Below are positions 46,001 through 55,185 of a stretch of DNA of 64,000 nucleotides, in pieces. Position 1 is the stretch's first letter. Each line of letters opens with the position of its first letter. Below the pieces are notes generated by a model, which did not search any database, was not told the origin of the DNA, and worked only from the letters and a program-made list of their open reading frames with translations. Made by a program: the position numbers and the translations under genes. Source of the DNA: a virus (lineage: Duplodnaviria > Caudoviricetes); IMG/VR virus record IMGVR_UViG_3300021400_000143, positions 1 through 64,000 of that record, one strand, 5' to 3'.

Positions 46001-47109
46001 ATGCTCCAAAAAACTACGTTGACAACGCAGTCGGTGGCGTGTTTAGTTCCACTCAGTTTAGTTCGATATTCCAAGGCTACATTGAAAATGGTCGCTTTAC
46101 AATCGCTTCACAGATTAAAACGTTTGTTAGTTATAAGACAGACCAACAAGGCAATGTTATTCGGGATGCAAACGGAAAGGCTGAACTTGAAGGTGGTGTT
46201 CTAATCAAAGCAGATGTAATCAATCTTGAAGGCTATACAACCATCAACGGAAATTTCAAGGTTGATGAATATGGCAATGCCGAAATGAACAACTGCACTA
46301 TTGCTGGTGTGTTGAATAACTTAATACAACAGAAGAAATTCGCATCCAACGAAAGCGTTTGGAACTTGAATCCTCTACAATGGGGTAGTATCATTGAATA
46401 CACTCCTTTCTACGGCGGTTCTACAACAACATACGAAATACGCTTACCTTCCCTCTATTCTGACTCGCAAGGGGCACACATAGAATATGCCAAAGTCAAT
46501 GGGGAATTTAGTGGAATGACGAGCGATGATATGCGCCAGTGCATCGGAAAGAAACTCTACTTGTTCTGTAACATATCTGGTGTTGGCTACACTATGACTA
46601 TCAAGAGTAGATTCCTTGTTCAAGTATTTGATGGCAGTATGACATTCGATGATTCAAACGGAGAGATAGCAGACAACTCTGTGATACCATATCAGCCAAC
46701 TTACACCAAGGTATCTTCTACACAGATACAAGCAACACAAGTAATACTGTTGGAGTGCTGTTTAGGACAATTCAACGGAAAGGAATGTATTTATTGGAAA
46801 GTGGAAGGTTCTATGCAGCGAAGTGATACAGAAATCTATGTCTATGGTAGGCTCATTAATGGCTCAAATGTCGGGCTTTCAAACGTGACTATTCAATTCG
46901 AAGATAACGACGACGAGAACATTATTTTCCAGTGTCAAACCGATAGTAATGGATATTACGCTTGTCGAGTTACGGCTTTAAAAGAGTATTCTGTTATCGC
47001 ATTTGATAGTTCCACGATTTCAATAGAAGGTGAGGCTGGGCAGAATTTGGCAGCGTTTGAGGTGGAGTCTAATAGTGTGGCATTGAATTTAATAACGACA
47101 AATAACTGA
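40039..47109 (+). CDS. Large tail tip / central fibre protein
   Basis: 2356 aa; N-terminal tail-hub region, ELVIQKIRSVGG motif, repeated 'RI.Q..DSIT..V' coiled segments alternating with beta-sandwich domains. Confidence 0.85.
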   Translation: MATLGRNISFPIKNADDTPFENLVLHKATYESVVMSLADKITGDVYYKNNQLVCTMQEYIKYEDVKYYLVNPPTIVREGIVSDNSELKGMTKYSFEFYHPMYKLNNIPFSDVAVSNDEKRYLSENKSFYWVGKPDDFIAKLNKNLDNTEWVVIKSDYFPKDKVDMLSEVLQFDNNTIGDALQKLYETWGVAFVISQLKENEYYNDVDYYGAGKRFVIIVGNPSNEVVDKNAVNGIVVNASTLATQYGNIHYYPTPITVPAGVKILVTSLEEGLAPLILNSTHDGVIGSTNRTFDTETTVYVALSGEGRVMYSFDGSVNNIYVFKFGQGVGLKNNSRTPRNNKIVTRIAGYGSENNIPYGYPQIRWYGNPNWEYTSYETNPTITNVDTTSYSTFESSLDAIIQRSPNSAETRAAVNDFASTVYNGLKIKSAGTTSKQSTSGSVYTYNWNVVTHSNYVAATYHDDYGDWPYLVSLQGGNVTEVSSATPSVNSYPLYKGIVGGEYVMLVKHPFTRTHLMPSVYSEAVFNKVSPYLSNGNANPNYNPDIELVDYYDAISDSTYTYPNEINPQAPSYDIHEFDVKPELEDGEPKSIVNAIAINDKDSTPASGWDDTMNDNAEYNQGYFRITLPVLDFDVYACAAITQEMQINMRSGACIGCTFTVQVDWEDYKKSFWDENGNFVPNGTQRDYVKYPKSNQQQIDVIVQKETSTFGTLMPNVYQNPKAGDSFVILGISLPLTYISNAERRLDDEMKAYMLSNNIYYYDYPLKFDSYFFAKHTDILSQIRTNTIIRFLFGEEQLHLYVKQLVIKYGESPLPQYDITLTDNIEVVLNQIGQVAKDIERLGALISNTKQASTSVSQQELNKKLSKVSDDETPYTLTMGGAHITGELEVEGQSTQHGDEVHLGVENHFGRETHQGTEVHYGNETHNGEESHTNYETHTGDEEHGGNVNITKNLSIDEGAIAEILGTMFFGRGDGFVSGLNGNGGKIDSEASAELKDLFVRELTTIVRGIFNELVSSHPTSKVGEWFQQGFNGHGTKIWYDQDTGWNMELDTLTVRRIMYIFELVIQKIRSVGGILIVSAANGKIKEVQKVCRYANGAYQYYYKIKFEDTNTFVRHDLMRCQRWNNGRYDDVTKEDDAELPDARAMQYYWVEVAYPDSAAFNYPPLDTPEDFIVCDDSWTPIQEGGNLVDAEVSNAYDILVPRSEFGKTVEVIDPTTQETIILPADTEPQVGDDCVLMGNTQYTKRQNYIYISATEDGVPRIDVMDGCSTKGDGGNLRCRLGCLDGINDSYWGLEQPSGYGLYSDNAWLKGKFIVRIGDRDRDVSTMFEVLDGMIRSSVSSLREDTIGGEGCISNNVFTDGLDKWGIYGEGQLLTDGTKALHDGINLLALFGFTEYAKLVEDNGTFAVEIKGSANTPHGIIQLNANMHDVPTFETNNGAIVPRTFAVSFYARSAEVGGTNVVVEIGDAPPFTIAVAQSEKFRKYVHTLDLTSVGDFSIYTYGGAVQVRGIVVSVNIDEAMIDRLVSRIEQIPDSITGIVEAFTLNQTTCKYELSAFTSFKAAYGKWQTSVTDNFRNTNSKIDQLSDSITSSVKALVPINENDYIVDPAFSRETSTPQDPNNPFVHISKWNITENDSSKHLTINTSGGENYVDILNNDASNPVGFYPALKNIPSAQGRPNSKAVDVSIAVRCVSNGTLVVYQDNGSGGTTEIYRKSLAASTTYEYVRFSPAWRYGNIYIGVLGVNAQMYISSVCMADNGKAVMAEMSSRITQTQEKITLAVQTEVQNATGGFNTRISTLEQTDSSFTFKIDSLMNTIFSNINAPFDYSASSDELTQQDLAICVRKISDSSGDYLHIDDSDENGITVSFGLSDLANDSDMEPVKVRIRGKADDVTTLRIYYGSGSNDYIDIASDFAGDAITEHEYTINFVIDYGVEIFIYGGVFDIYGIYGKPNTITSPVSVLKLTQKYFEAYVSEHYIDSDTLTETLRGYAPKNYVDNAVGGVFSSTQFSSIFQGYIENGRFTIASQIKTFVSYKTDQQGNVIRDANGKAELEGGVLIKADVINLEGYTTINGNFKVDEYGNAEMNNCTIAGVLNNLIQQKKFASNESVWNLNPLQWGSIIEYTPFYGGSTTTYEIRLPSLYSDSQGAHIEYAKVNGEFSGMTSDDMRQCIGKKLYLFCNISGVGYTMTIKSRFLVQVFDGSMTFDDSNGEIADNSVIPYQPTYTKVSSTQIQATQVILLECCLGQFNGKECIYWKVEGSMQRSDTEIYVYGRLINGSNVGLSNVTIQFEDNDDENIIFQCQTDSNGYYACRVTALKEYSVIAFDSSTISIEGEAGQNLAAFEVESNSVALNLITTNN

Positions 47110-47115
47110 TAAGAT

Positions 47116-48234
47116 ATGACACCAGAAGAGAAACAAGAAATAATAACCGCTGCAACGACCGCAGTTCTACAGCAACTGTTTGGAGCGAAGGGCATTGACA
47201 TCACGGGACTTAGTTCAGTGCAGTCTCTTGATGGTATCTCCACGTTCCCTGCAATACAGTCTGTCAATGGAGATTTGGCACTCGTAAGCGTTCCCATCTC
47301 GCTCTTGACACAAGCTGTTCAGACTGTGATTGGTCATGCAGAACAAGCAACCGCTAACGCTCAAAGTGCTGCGGCTGGATGGGCTGCGGCGGCACACAAA
47401 ACGAATGGTGAGATAACTATTATCAATGGAAATATAACCACACTCCAGAACGCCGACAAATCGCTCTCTACGCTTACTTCTTACGCGGAGTGTTCTACTG
47501 GTGCAGACACTGCTTCAAAAGCCGTTACGATTCAAGATTTTGCATTACCTATACGTGGTGGTTGCTTGCATATCAAAATGGCAAATGCGAACACGGCTGC
47601 ATCGAATGTAACACTTAATATCAACGCAACAGGAGCAAAGCCTTTGTACTACAACGGTAGTGCTGTTAGCGCAACAAACACATGGGAAGCAAACGAAGTT
47701 ATCGAGGTGTACTACGATGGCAATAATTACCAAGCCAGCAATGCGCGAGGTGGTGGAGGTCGCGCTGATAAAATCTCGTTTGATAACACCGTTAAAGACA
47801 AGTACGAATCTGATGATGTGCAAGGAGTAATTGATGAAATGTCTGACGAGATTGACGATGTAGTAAGTGGTGTAGAAAGTAATACAAGTGCTATTACAAC
47901 GCTGAACAACACGACTCTTCCTACTTTACAAAGCACATTGCAAGGTAATGTTGATGCAATCGCATCGGTGTATAACGTCACAAAGAATCATCCTCTCCAA
48001 AGCGGTTCCTACGATATAGCCAGCGCATCTGCTGCCGTCCCTTCTGCAAAAAGAAGTGTCGGTTTAATTATAACTTACCAAACAGGTGCAAGTACATGGG
48101 AAGCCAAGCAATTCATCGGTAGCAACGTATCTGGATGGGCTACCGAATCCAACTGGACTGACTTTGGTGGTGGAGGTAGTGATTTCGTAGAGGTAACGAG
48201 TGCGCAGGTCGCTACAATGGAAGACCCGACATAA
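47116..48234 (+). CDS. Tail fibre-associated protein
   Basis: Coiled-coil plus conserved phage fibre modules (LNIN.TGAKPLYYNG; KRSVGLIITY...WE..QFIG). Confidence 0.75.
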   Translation: MTPEEKQEIITAATTAVLQQLFGAKGIDITGLSSVQSLDGISTFPAIQSVNGDLALVSVPISLLTQAVQTVIGHAEQATANAQSAAAGWAAAAHKTNGEITIINGNITTLQNADKSLSTLTSYAECSTGADTASKAVTIQDFALPIRGGCLHIKMANANTAASNVTLNINATGAKPLYYNGSAVSATNTWEANEVIEVYYDGNNYQASNARGGGGRADKISFDNTVKDKYESDDVQGVIDEMSDEIDDVVSGVESNTSAITTLNNTTLPTLQSTLQGNVDAIASVYNVTKNHPLQSGSYDIASASAAVPSAKRSVGLIITYQTGASTWEAKQFIGSNVSGWATESNWTDFGGGGSDFVEVTSAQVATMEDPT

Positions 48235-48258
48235 ATTAACAAATAAAGATATGAGAAA

Positions 48259-49353
48259 ATGAAAGCAAGTTATCCAATCAAAAGAGTAAAAGGCAACTGG
48301 TTTGCTATAGTGCAACCTCTCTCAAAAATCACATGGGAGGGTGTGACAAAGCAGAAAGTTGACTATATCCCAGATATTGGTGACAAAATCACAGTTACTT
48401 TTGTTGGCAACTACAACAAATACGACGTGGTGAATGTGACTATTGATGGGAGTCGTTTGTTATATACATGCAATGGAGTTTTAAGTATTGGTACATACGG
48501 GATTGAAATCAAAGTAACTTGTGCTGATGGCAAAAAGCTCCGTTCTTTCCAAAGAGATAGAATACAGATTGTCGAGTCAAACGAAGAAGCTGGCATTCCA
48601 AGTGGTGACGAGTTCGATATTGACACCATTGAGCTTGATAGTGCTGTGTTCCTTTACGAAAAAGGCGACAGAGGCTATTCCGCATACGAGATTGCTGTTC
48701 AGCAAGGCTTTGAAGGTGATGTTGATGAATGGCTTGAATCACTAAAGGGAGCTGATGGCACGATGGTGTTTGAGGATTTAACTCCAGCACAGAAAGCATC
48801 ATTGAAGGGCGATAAAGGTGACACAGGTGTAGGTATCGCAAGCATCGAGCAAACAACTACTTCTGACGAAAGCAGAGGTACGAATGTGGTGACTGTCACG
48901 ATGAATGACGAGAACCACACGGAATACACCTTCGAGGTGAAGAACGGTGCGCAGGGAACGAAAGGTGACGATGGCAAGTCGGCATATCAAGTGTACCTTG
49001 ATACCATTCCCGAAGGTGAGACTCCAATGACAGAACAAGAGTGGTTTGATTCATTGCAAGGACCGAAAGGCGATGATGGCGATGCAGGAAAATCCGCTTA
49101 CCAAGTCTATCTCGACAATGTTCCAAGTGGAGAAACACCATTGACAGAAACGCAATGGTTGGCATCGTTGAAAGGCGAGAAAGGAGACAAGGGTGTGAAA
49201 GGTGATACATTGGTCGTTGACGGGCAAAACACTTACAAACTCTATTATGAGTTAGGTCAGAACACAGATGGAGCTGTTTCCCAAAAGACGCTGACGGATT
49301 TGTTTGTTCCCGTAACAAGTTCCGCTGTTGCTGATATGCTCGACCCAAGTTAA
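48259..49353 (+). CDS. Collagen-like tail fibre protein with BppU-like N-terminus
   Basis: GxKGD triplets; 3 x G.SAY....W..SL.G; LGQNTDGAVSQK. Confidence 0.8.
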   Translation: MKASYPIKRVKGNWFAIVQPLSKITWEGVTKQKVDYIPDIGDKITVTFVGNYNKYDVVNVTIDGSRLLYTCNGVLSIGTYGIEIKVTCADGKKLRSFQRDRIQIVESNEEAGIPSGDEFDIDTIELDSAVFLYEKGDRGYSAYEIAVQQGFEGDVDEWLESLKGADGTMVFEDLTPAQKASLKGDKGDTGVGIASIEQTTTSDESRGTNVVTVTMNDENHTEYTFEVKNGAQGTKGDDGKSAYQVYLDTIPEGETPMTEQEWFDSLQGPKGDDGDAGKSAYQVYLDNVPSGETPLTETQWLASLKGEKGDKGVKGDTLVVDGQNTYKLYYELGQNTDGAVSQKTLTDLFVPVTSSAVADMLDPS

Positions 49354-49384
49354 ATGAATGTTGAACGATAAATAATTAGATATT

Positions 49385-52279
49385 ATGGCTATAAAAGTTT
49401 TACAAGGCACAGAATATGCGGTAAGCCACTCGGATGTTGTCAAGATGCGTGGCGAGAGAAAGACGCTGACGCAGAAGATGACAAAGGTGGATGATACACT
49501 TATCGGTATCACCTTTGTTGATGAAAATAAAAATGTAATTGATGGAAATCGGTATATCCATCAAGATGGAAACTATTCTTCATCAGGTACTGGTTCTTGG
49601 AGAATTTCTCCTGGTTTTGAACTTGAGAATTACAGAGGTTGTACGATACATTTTTATCGTATCTTCATGTTGAGTAACGTGATGTTAAGTTATGCCCTGT
49701 ATAGTGGAAACTCCATGAACGATTTCATTGCAAACTCTGGTTACATCACCTCACAGACTGATAGCCTAAGTTGGGGAGAGGTTGACGTAGATACCCTTCT
49801 GCAACAATTTCCTACTGCAAAATGGATTCGGTTTACATTGCATACAGAGAATCTTCATTACCCTTATTTAACGAAGACTGGAATTGGACTTGAATTGAAA
49901 GCCACACATGAAGCTGTGGAACAGATTAAAGGGCAAATGCCAACAAAACAAGATTATTCTTTTGCTGTCCAGCCTTTGGTAAGAGAACGTGAATTAACAA
50001 ACTATCAGTTGACCAGTGACTTCCATTGGAAATACTATAGCAATGGTAGCAATCAGAGGAAAAGTGAGTGTTTTTATGTTCAGGAAGGTGATGTTATTCA
50101 CTTGGAGTCCCCCAACAGTGACACAGAGTATGCTTTTCTTGATGGAATCGGAACTCCAAACAACGCAAGTACAGGAACAGCTACTGCTGTGAGCGAATTG
50201 TTTGGACTTGAAATGGGCAATAGTGTTGATATTGTTGCACCCAAGAATGCTCATTATCTGTATGTGGCATCAGAAAAAGCTGGTACTTCGCAACTACCTC
50301 TCATGGCTAAATATGCTCCAGTTGTCAATGTGTTACCTAATATAAGTTTTACAACAAATCTTGTCGGCAAAGATGACGATGCGTTTGTATCAAGAACTTT
50401 TTTGAAAGGTGGAAAAACGTATATTGCGACGCTTGATAAGACAAGCTGGAATACAAGTTCAAGCACTTCTTCTTCTTCTCCTATTTTTGCACTGGTAGTC
50501 AATAATGAAATAATAGCAAATGTGCGTAAATCGGATGGTGTAGCAGAAAAGACTTATCAATTTGATGTACCTGAAAATGTATCGTCTGTCGAAATGCACT
50601 TTGTATTTCGAGGTAGTGTAGGTGAGACGGTTGGTGTGACCATTGCAGATAACGATTCAAATCAGAATACGACATCTCAAAATTCAGCAGTTTCACTCAT
50701 TGGAGCTGGGATGACTTCATCATATAACTATTTCAATGTTCTTGGAGGTCATACTTATATGGTGTCTCTTACAAAAAATGATTGGGGACAGACAAGTATA
50801 AGTAACGGCTATTCAGTGTTTATTTTAAACTTAGGTGGTAATGTTATAAGAGATGTCAAGAAGGGCTCTAAACCGAAAAAAAATTATTATTTTCATGTAG
50901 AAGAAGATGCACGATTGACTATTGGATATAGAGCAGACGTTGGTTGTGACAATGTTGTTAGCATAAAAGACGTCAGCACGAAGTTCAATAAGCTGATATA
51001 CGACGTTCATTTTGTGGTGAATAGTGGTGTTGCTACCTCTATGCTGGTGAAATTAAGCGAGGGAGACCTTGTAAGGTATCGTGTCAATGCAAATGCCAAC
51101 AGTACGCCAATCAAGATGTATAGCAGAGCTGTTCGTAATGGTTCTTATCTTGTAGAACAGATAGATGCGGAGAGTGGCGGAGTGCTGGAAGGAATATATA
51201 TACCGACGAGTGATGTGTATATGGTGATGGAAAGTGTGGTCGCTTCTGGATTTACACCGAAGTTTGAGGTGTATAACTACGGTGAATACGAGAAAGGCAA
51301 GTGCATCACTCCATATCAGTTGGTGTTTGACACTGACAATCAATTTACGATATTATCTCCACTGGATGAAGATGCAGATGCTGTCTATGAAGAGAATATA
51401 TTTTATGGACAGATAATAGGATATAAGAACTATTTCTGCATGCTCTATTATGCAACAGGTACTGCGTCTGGTAACAATATATTGATGGCTTATTCCGAGG
51501 ATGGAACCACATGGCATAGGGGATTCCCAAGTGGAATTGAAGCTCCATACACAGGCACAAACGTGATTTTCAAAAAAGGTTCTACACATCTTGAGCATGA
51601 TAAAGAAGTGATTAACGAGTTTGCTGTTTGCAAAGTTAATGACAGTGAATACCCGTACCGAATGTTTGCCAATGCTCGTGGTAGCAGTATTGTAGGTGAG
51701 AAGGCATGGTTGTTAAAGAGTTCTGACCTTGCGCATTGGGTTCCAGTCAGGAGAATAACGGAACACGCGCATGACACATTCCCTTCTTTGATTTCATACG
51801 GAGACTACATTAAAGTATATCTCAGAATGTGGGACTATGGTCAAAGTGTTGCACGCCAGAGGATGATAGGTGAGATGTTCATAGACTTGTGTGGTAACGT
51901 CATTGTTCCTCCAAGCGGAATAGGTGGATATGGATGGTATCAGCCAAGTGCAACTCGTATAGGGAATGACAAAGAGCTATTGATAACTACTAACTTCATT
52001 GCATCTTCCACAATGAAAGGAGACAACACTTTTGAGGCTTACATCAAAAATGGTGATGAAATCAGATGGTGTCCTTGCTATGGAATTGACAATCTGAAAA
52101 AACCAACGGACAACGATGGTTGGGGCTATGGTCAAGGTCTCGTCGGCATAGGACTTAACCAGTATTTCCTTTATGGGCAACGTAACGCCAAACACGATAT
52201 TTCATTTGATAACTCAGAGCTTCGGCTTTGTCCTGTCAGATGGATTACTTACGATTCGTATAATACTGATGGTGAATAA
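49385..52279 (+). CDS. Putative receptor-binding protein / depolymerase (tandem beta-sandwiches + C-terminal beta-propeller glycosidase-like domain)
   Basis: Asp-box-like YSEDGTTW and KSSDLAHW; repeated 100-aa jelly-roll-like units. Confidence 0.6.
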   Translation: MAIKVLQGTEYAVSHSDVVKMRGERKTLTQKMTKVDDTLIGITFVDENKNVIDGNRYIHQDGNYSSSGTGSWRISPGFELENYRGCTIHFYRIFMLSNVMLSYALYSGNSMNDFIANSGYITSQTDSLSWGEVDVDTLLQQFPTAKWIRFTLHTENLHYPYLTKTGIGLELKATHEAVEQIKGQMPTKQDYSFAVQPLVRERELTNYQLTSDFHWKYYSNGSNQRKSECFYVQEGDVIHLESPNSDTEYAFLDGIGTPNNASTGTATAVSELFGLEMGNSVDIVAPKNAHYLYVASEKAGTSQLPLMAKYAPVVNVLPNISFTTNLVGKDDDAFVSRTFLKGGKTYIATLDKTSWNTSSSTSSSSPIFALVVNNEIIANVRKSDGVAEKTYQFDVPENVSSVEMHFVFRGSVGETVGVTIADNDSNQNTTSQNSAVSLIGAGMTSSYNYFNVLGGHTYMVSLTKNDWGQTSISNGYSVFILNLGGNVIRDVKKGSKPKKNYYFHVEEDARLTIGYRADVGCDNVVSIKDVSTKFNKLIYDVHFVVNSGVATSMLVKLSEGDLVRYRVNANANSTPIKMYSRAVRNGSYLVEQIDAESGGVLEGIYIPTSDVYMVMESVVASGFTPKFEVYNYGEYEKGKCITPYQLVFDTDNQFTILSPLDEDADAVYEENIFYGQIIGYKNYFCMLYYATGTASGNNILMAYSEDGTTWHRGFPSGIEAPYTGTNVIFKKGSTHLEHDKEVINEFAVCKVNDSEYPYRMFANARGSSIVGEKAWLLKSSDLAHWVPVRRITEHAHDTFPSLISYGDYIKVYLRMWDYGQSVARQRMIGEMFIDLCGNVIVPPSGIGGYGWYQPSATRIGNDKELLITTNFIASSTMKGDNTFEAYIKNGDEIRWCPCYGIDNLKKPTDNDGWGYGQGLVGIGLNQYFLYGQRNAKHDISFDNSELRLCPVRWITYDSYNTDGE

Positions 52280-52337
52280 AGAATGTTGACTAAAAAGGCA
52301 GGAATGGTGAGTCTCTGTTCATAAAACATAAAACGAT

Positions 52338-52652
52338 ATGAAAAAGATTATTGATTTCTTAAAGAAAATCGAAGCATGGATTTTTCGATTGTTTGATAAG
52401 ATTGCCGACACAGCGGTAGGTAAGTGGCTTAGTGAAGGTACACGATGGGCTTGGATGCTGATTGGCTTGGTAGTAGGTCTTAGTTCTTGCAACTGGTACA
52501 ACGCTTGTCATTCGGGAATTATCATAGCCATATTTTATGTGGTGTATGACAGAATCGAATATAAACGTGACCATAGTTGGTGGACGTTTATTTTGACGTT
52601 CCTATGCTCGGTTGCAGGTCAAGGAATTATTCAACTTCTTACAGAGCAATGA
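52338..52652 (+). CDS. Membrane protein (holin-like)
   Basis: Three hydrophobic segments. Confidence 0.6.
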   Translation: MKKIIDFLKKIEAWIFRLFDKIADTAVGKWLSEGTRWAWMLIGLVVGLSSCNWYNACHSGIIIAIFYVVYDRIEYKRDHSWWTFILTFLCSVAGQGIIQLLTEQ

Positions 52653-52888
52653 GTGAAACTGAAAAGAAAGAAGTCTTGAAGCAAAAGACACAAGAAAGGT
52701 TATTACAGGCTTGTGAACGGCTTTACAATGCTGAACTTGGTTTGTGCGAATTGGTTGTCCCTCAATCGTGGAAAGATGAACACAGATTTGCTCACGATGA
52801 ATGGGTAAATGCTTTTCAAGATTACGATGAAGCAAGGACTGCGCTATCTTTGGAGGACATGGAATTAAATTTTGATTATGGAGTATAA
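52649..52888 (+). CDS. Hypothetical helical protein
   Basis: Start trimmed to MSETEKK at ATGA overlap. Confidence 0.65.
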   Translation: MSETEKKEVLKQKTQERLLQACERLYNAELGLCELVVPQSWKDEHRFAHDEWVNAFQDYDEARTALSLEDMELNFDYGV

Positions 52889-53108
52889 TGCACATAAACG
52901 GAATATCATCGGCACAATATGCTTCTTTGCTTTGGGCGTGCTGATAGGTGGATTTGCTTCCATGATAGCGGTTATTCGTGAATGGGTGCAATACAAGGCA
53001 AATGGTGTCTTGGAGCAGGGTGACTTGTGGAGATATGTGTTTGCATCTTCCATAGGCGCAGTGATTCAATTCATTGTATTACTAATAATTATACTTACAA
53101 GAATTTAA
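52872..53108 (+). CDS. Small membrane protein (holin-like)
   Basis: Two TM segments around REWVQY...DLW. Confidence 0.6.
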   Translation: MIMEYNAHKRNIIGTICFFALGVLIGGFASMIAVIREWVQYKANGVLEQGDLWRYVFASSIGAVIQFIVLLIIILTRI

Positions 53109-53196
53109 AAAAATATTGTGACAAAAATATTTTTGATTGTAAGTATTTGACACACAATCTTTTAATAAGAGCAATAAGAACTTAATATAGTTTCTT

Positions 53197-53227
53197 ATTG
53201 CTTTTCTTTTTTATTGTTGTAAATTTG
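53197..53227 (+). promoter_or_regulatory. Promoter of the Cys-Cys-Cys operon
   Basis: ATTG, 19-nt spacer, TAAATTTG; 5' UTR of about 50 nt to ATG 53285. Confidence 0.65.
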
Positions 53228-53284
53228 CGCCGTAGTGCTACACAAAATCCTTATTACTTCACTAATTTCTTAAAACTTAAACTT

Positions 53285-54232
53285 ATGGCAGAAATTTATC
53301 AGCTTCCAGAAAATGGAAACAACAATGGAGGGTTTGGTAACATTCCTTTCTCTATTCCTATCGGTGGTTTTGGTGGTGGCGGTCTGTTCGGTAATGGTAA
53401 TTACGGCATGAACGGGATTGCTGACTTGTTTGGACTTGCTATCATTGCTTCAATGTTCGGCTGGAACGGTGGTGGATTTGGCAATGGAGGCTTTGGCGGA
53501 GGCAATTCAGGCGCGGCTTTCTTGGCTAATCAGCTCTCGAACGATTCTGGTCGTGAACTCATTATGAATGCTATTACCAATCAAGGTGAGGCATCTCGTA
53601 CCGCTATCCAGACGTTAAGTACAATGCTCGGGCAAGACTTTAATCTTGTAAATGGTGCTGTGAATAACGTACAGAGCGCACTTAGCAACCTTGCTTTGCA
53701 GCAAGCTGTAAGTGTACCACAGATTATCAACTCCATCCAGTCGGGTGACGCGAGCATTATCAGTGCGTTCCAGAAGTGTTGCTGCGACCAACAGCTTGCT
53801 ACTTGTCAGCAAACGAACACCTTGCAAAATGCAATCAACGGCGTAGGTAATCAAGTACAAGCAAAAGCAGCCGCAGACCAGCTTGCAATGTGTCAGCAAA
53901 CTTACGCTCTCACAGACAACATGAATCGCAATTTCATTGCAATCGACAACAAACTTGATGCAATGGAGTCGAATCGAAAAGACCGTGAGATTACTGCTCT
54001 TACCGCAAAGGTTGCACAGCTCGAATCGCAGAACTTTACTACGGGTGTTGTTCAGCAAGCTGTTTCTCCTATTCTCGGTCAGCTCGCAGGTATCCAGAAT
54101 CAGGTTGACGACATCAAGAACAAACTTCCAAACACCGTTCCTGTTCAGTATCCTAACTTACAGGTAGTGAACTCTACACCTTACATGGGTGGTTTCTATG
54201 GAAATGGTTTTGGTGGTAACATCATATTGTAA
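53285..54232 (+). CDS. Gly-rich, Gln/Asn-rich coiled-coil protein with CCC motif
   Basis: GGFGGGG N-region, FQKCCCDQQLATCQ, RKDREI..L.AKVAQLESQ; start at ATG 53285. Confidence 0.85.
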   Translation: MAEIYQLPENGNNNGGFGNIPFSIPIGGFGGGGLFGNGNYGMNGIADLFGLAIIASMFGWNGGGFGNGGFGGGNSGAAFLANQLSNDSGRELIMNAITNQGEASRTAIQTLSTMLGQDFNLVNGAVNNVQSALSNLALQQAVSVPQIINSIQSGDASIISAFQKCCCDQQLATCQQTNTLQNAINGVGNQVQAKAAADQLAMCQQTYALTDNMNRNFIAIDNKLDAMESNRKDREITALTAKVAQLESQNFTTGVVQQAVSPILGQLAGIQNQVDDIKNKLPNTVPVQYPNLQVVNSTPYMGGFYGNGFGGNIIL

Positions 54233-54255
54233 TTTAAGGCATAGGAGGTAAAAGC

Positions 54256-54591
54256 ATGAATTGTAACGCAAACATAACAATAAATGCAGGAGGTCAGCCT
54301 TACATTGCAAACACACAAGTCGTTGTAGGAACTGACACGGTTAATATTGCGCTCGGATGGAGACGTATTCAGCCGATAGGTTACTTTACTGTTCGTATGG
54401 AAAATGCAATTCCAGCAGATGCAACCGCAACGCTTCCAATCACACTTACTTTGAATGGTGTAACAAGAGCGTTGACTTTGCCAAATGGTGCAGCGGTTAC
54501 GGTTGCTGACTTACTGGCTACGAATGTGTTCCTTGTATTCAACGATAGATTTAACGGGATACTCTCGTTAATGTCAAGAACGATTGTGTAA
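54256..54591 (+). CDS. Small beta-rich hypothetical protein
   Basis: AGGAGG RBS; second gene of operon. Confidence 0.75.
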   Translation: MNCNANITINAGGQPYIANTQVVVGTDTVNIALGWRRIQPIGYFTVRMENAIPADATATLPITLTLNGVTRALTLPNGAAVTVADLLATNVFLVFNDRFNGILSLMSRTIV

Positions 54592-54613
54592 TCAACCAAT
54601 AAAATTTACTAAC

Positions 54614-55150
54614 ATGGATTTCAATTCTTTAGGTAACGGCAATCCGTTTTATGTTCTTCGTAGAGGTGAAAAGCCTTTATTGGAAGTTGGTGTCGTAAAA
54701 GCGAAAAGTCAGCCAAGAGCAAAGTTTCCAACGCAGACGCCCAATATTGCTATGGGTATGCAAGTGCAACAAGTTATTGATGTAACTGCTACTATCAATG
54801 GCAAAGATGAAGTGTTTAACGATATACCAATAAATGTAGAAATTGCCGCAAGAGGTAACGACACGTTCAGTGGTAGTCGTGAAGCAATGTTGCAAGCTGT
54901 TGACGCTATGCTTCAAACGTCAAAGAAAGCCATCGACCAGATTCCTTATCACAAAAGCGTGATTTCAGAAAGCGAAAAGATGCTTGAAGTGCTGAACCCA
55001 CAATATGCAGAGAACAAGAAACAAGCGAGAACGATTCAAAACTTAGAAGAAAAGCAAAAGGCAACTGACGCAAGGATTGCAACGATTGAATCGCAAAACG
55101 CAGAAATGCTTTCTATTCTTCGCTCGTTAAACGGTGGAGCTTCAACCTAA
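54614..55150 (+). CDS. Hypothetical protein, beta N-domain + C-terminal coiled coil
   Basis: Start trimmed to MDFNSLG; EVLNPQYAE...coiled coil. Confidence 0.75.
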   Translation: MDFNSLGNGNPFYVLRRGEKPLLEVGVVKAKSQPRAKFPTQTPNIAMGMQVQQVIDVTATINGKDEVFNDIPINVEIAARGNDTFSGSREAMLQAVDAMLQTSKKAIDQIPYHKSVISESEKMLEVLNPQYAENKKQARTIQNLEEKQKATDARIATIESQNAEMLSILRSLNGGAST

Positions 55151-55185
55151 AGAATTTGAACCCACAAAAAGAAAGGACTTTACAA

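Noticed and set aside
40039-52279. Diversity-generating retroelement target/template repeats in tail genes
   Set aside because: No reverse transcriptase in the window and no roughly 100-nt repeat pair differing at adenines was seen.
53234-53241. AGTGCTAC at the CCC mRNA 5' end complementary to hairpin-1 loop of the Rep leader (also at 8041)
   Set aside because: Only 8 nt, at chance level; the intramolecular partner at 9324-9330 explains the loop.
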